Assembly (NCBI GenBank): GCA_950097015.1
Contig: CATNEN010000034.1
Coordinates: forward strand, 3,658,001 to 3,722,000
Reading direction: 5' to 3'
DNA length: 64,000 bases
Source: Macrostomum hystrix
Taxonomy: Eukaryota > Animalia > Platyhelminthes
The translations under genes were made by a program, and so were the position numbers. The notes beneath the pieces are model-generated. The model was not told the origin of the DNA, ran no database searches, and worked only from the letters and a program-made list of their open reading frames with translations. Below are positions 63,583 to 64,000 of the stretch, in pieces (within the stretch, counting starts at the first letter, position 1; every line of letters begins with the position of its first letter).

Positions 63583-64000
63583 GAATCTGAGACAGTCAGG
63601 ACTGCATTGAACTGAGCAATGCTCAGTGCCATTTAAATATGTTTCCCACCGGTTGTGTTACCAGTTGACATTATCCGCTTCATTGTTCAACATTTTAAAA
63701 GAAGAAAATAATTTCACGAACAAAAGTAAATTTTTGCCAATTTTTGTTGTTTAAATTTTAGAAATATAAATCAAACAAATGTTAAAGTATTAACAATTTC
63801 ACACAGTTATACATGATATTTGAAGTTCATATTTTGCATATGTATTACACATGCAAAATCAGCTATGTCAATATACTGTGTACCTAGATTTTAGGTTTTG
63901 TCAATACACTATGATCAACATTACTATTTGCTTTGTAAAATGTTTTTTATGCAAACATGTAAATTATTTAATCCTGCATATACTTTAGCAACAAACCACT

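Overview
Eukaryotic (animal) genomic DNA with spliceosomal GT-AG introns. It is probably a free-living flatworm such as Macrostomum; this is inferred from GC3-rich exons in AT-rich introns, actin with KIVAPP and [10 protein letters not shown], a GRPR-type NPY/NPF gene and very dense minisatellites. I reconstructed eight genes by hand with phase-consistent exons: PP2A B56 regulatory subunit (-), a Pro-rich adaptor with three tandem SH2-like domains (+), actin with two CArG boxes (+), UNC119 (-), an NPY/NPF precursor ending GRPRY-GKR (+), FTSJ1/Trm7 (-), an intronless SRSF7-like gene (-) and a 5'-partial SAFB/SLTM-like gene (-). About a quarter of the window (roughly 15 kb in 19 arrays) is unrelated minisatellites, many of them inside introns; these produce most of the long spurious ORFs in the track. 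Mobile DNA: an internally deleted Helitron with a nested hAT-type MITE, a dead mariner with ~200-bp TIRs interrupted by a solo LTR, a Crypton-type tyrosine-recombinase element with a long terminal hairpin, two tRNA-derived SINE families (one CORE-type), two further MITEs and a possible Merlin remnant. The most unusual items are the triple-SH2 / ~20x PxxPPK adaptor, the intron-private minisatellites and the Crypton end structure. No CRISPR array, rRNA or intact tRNA gene is supported.
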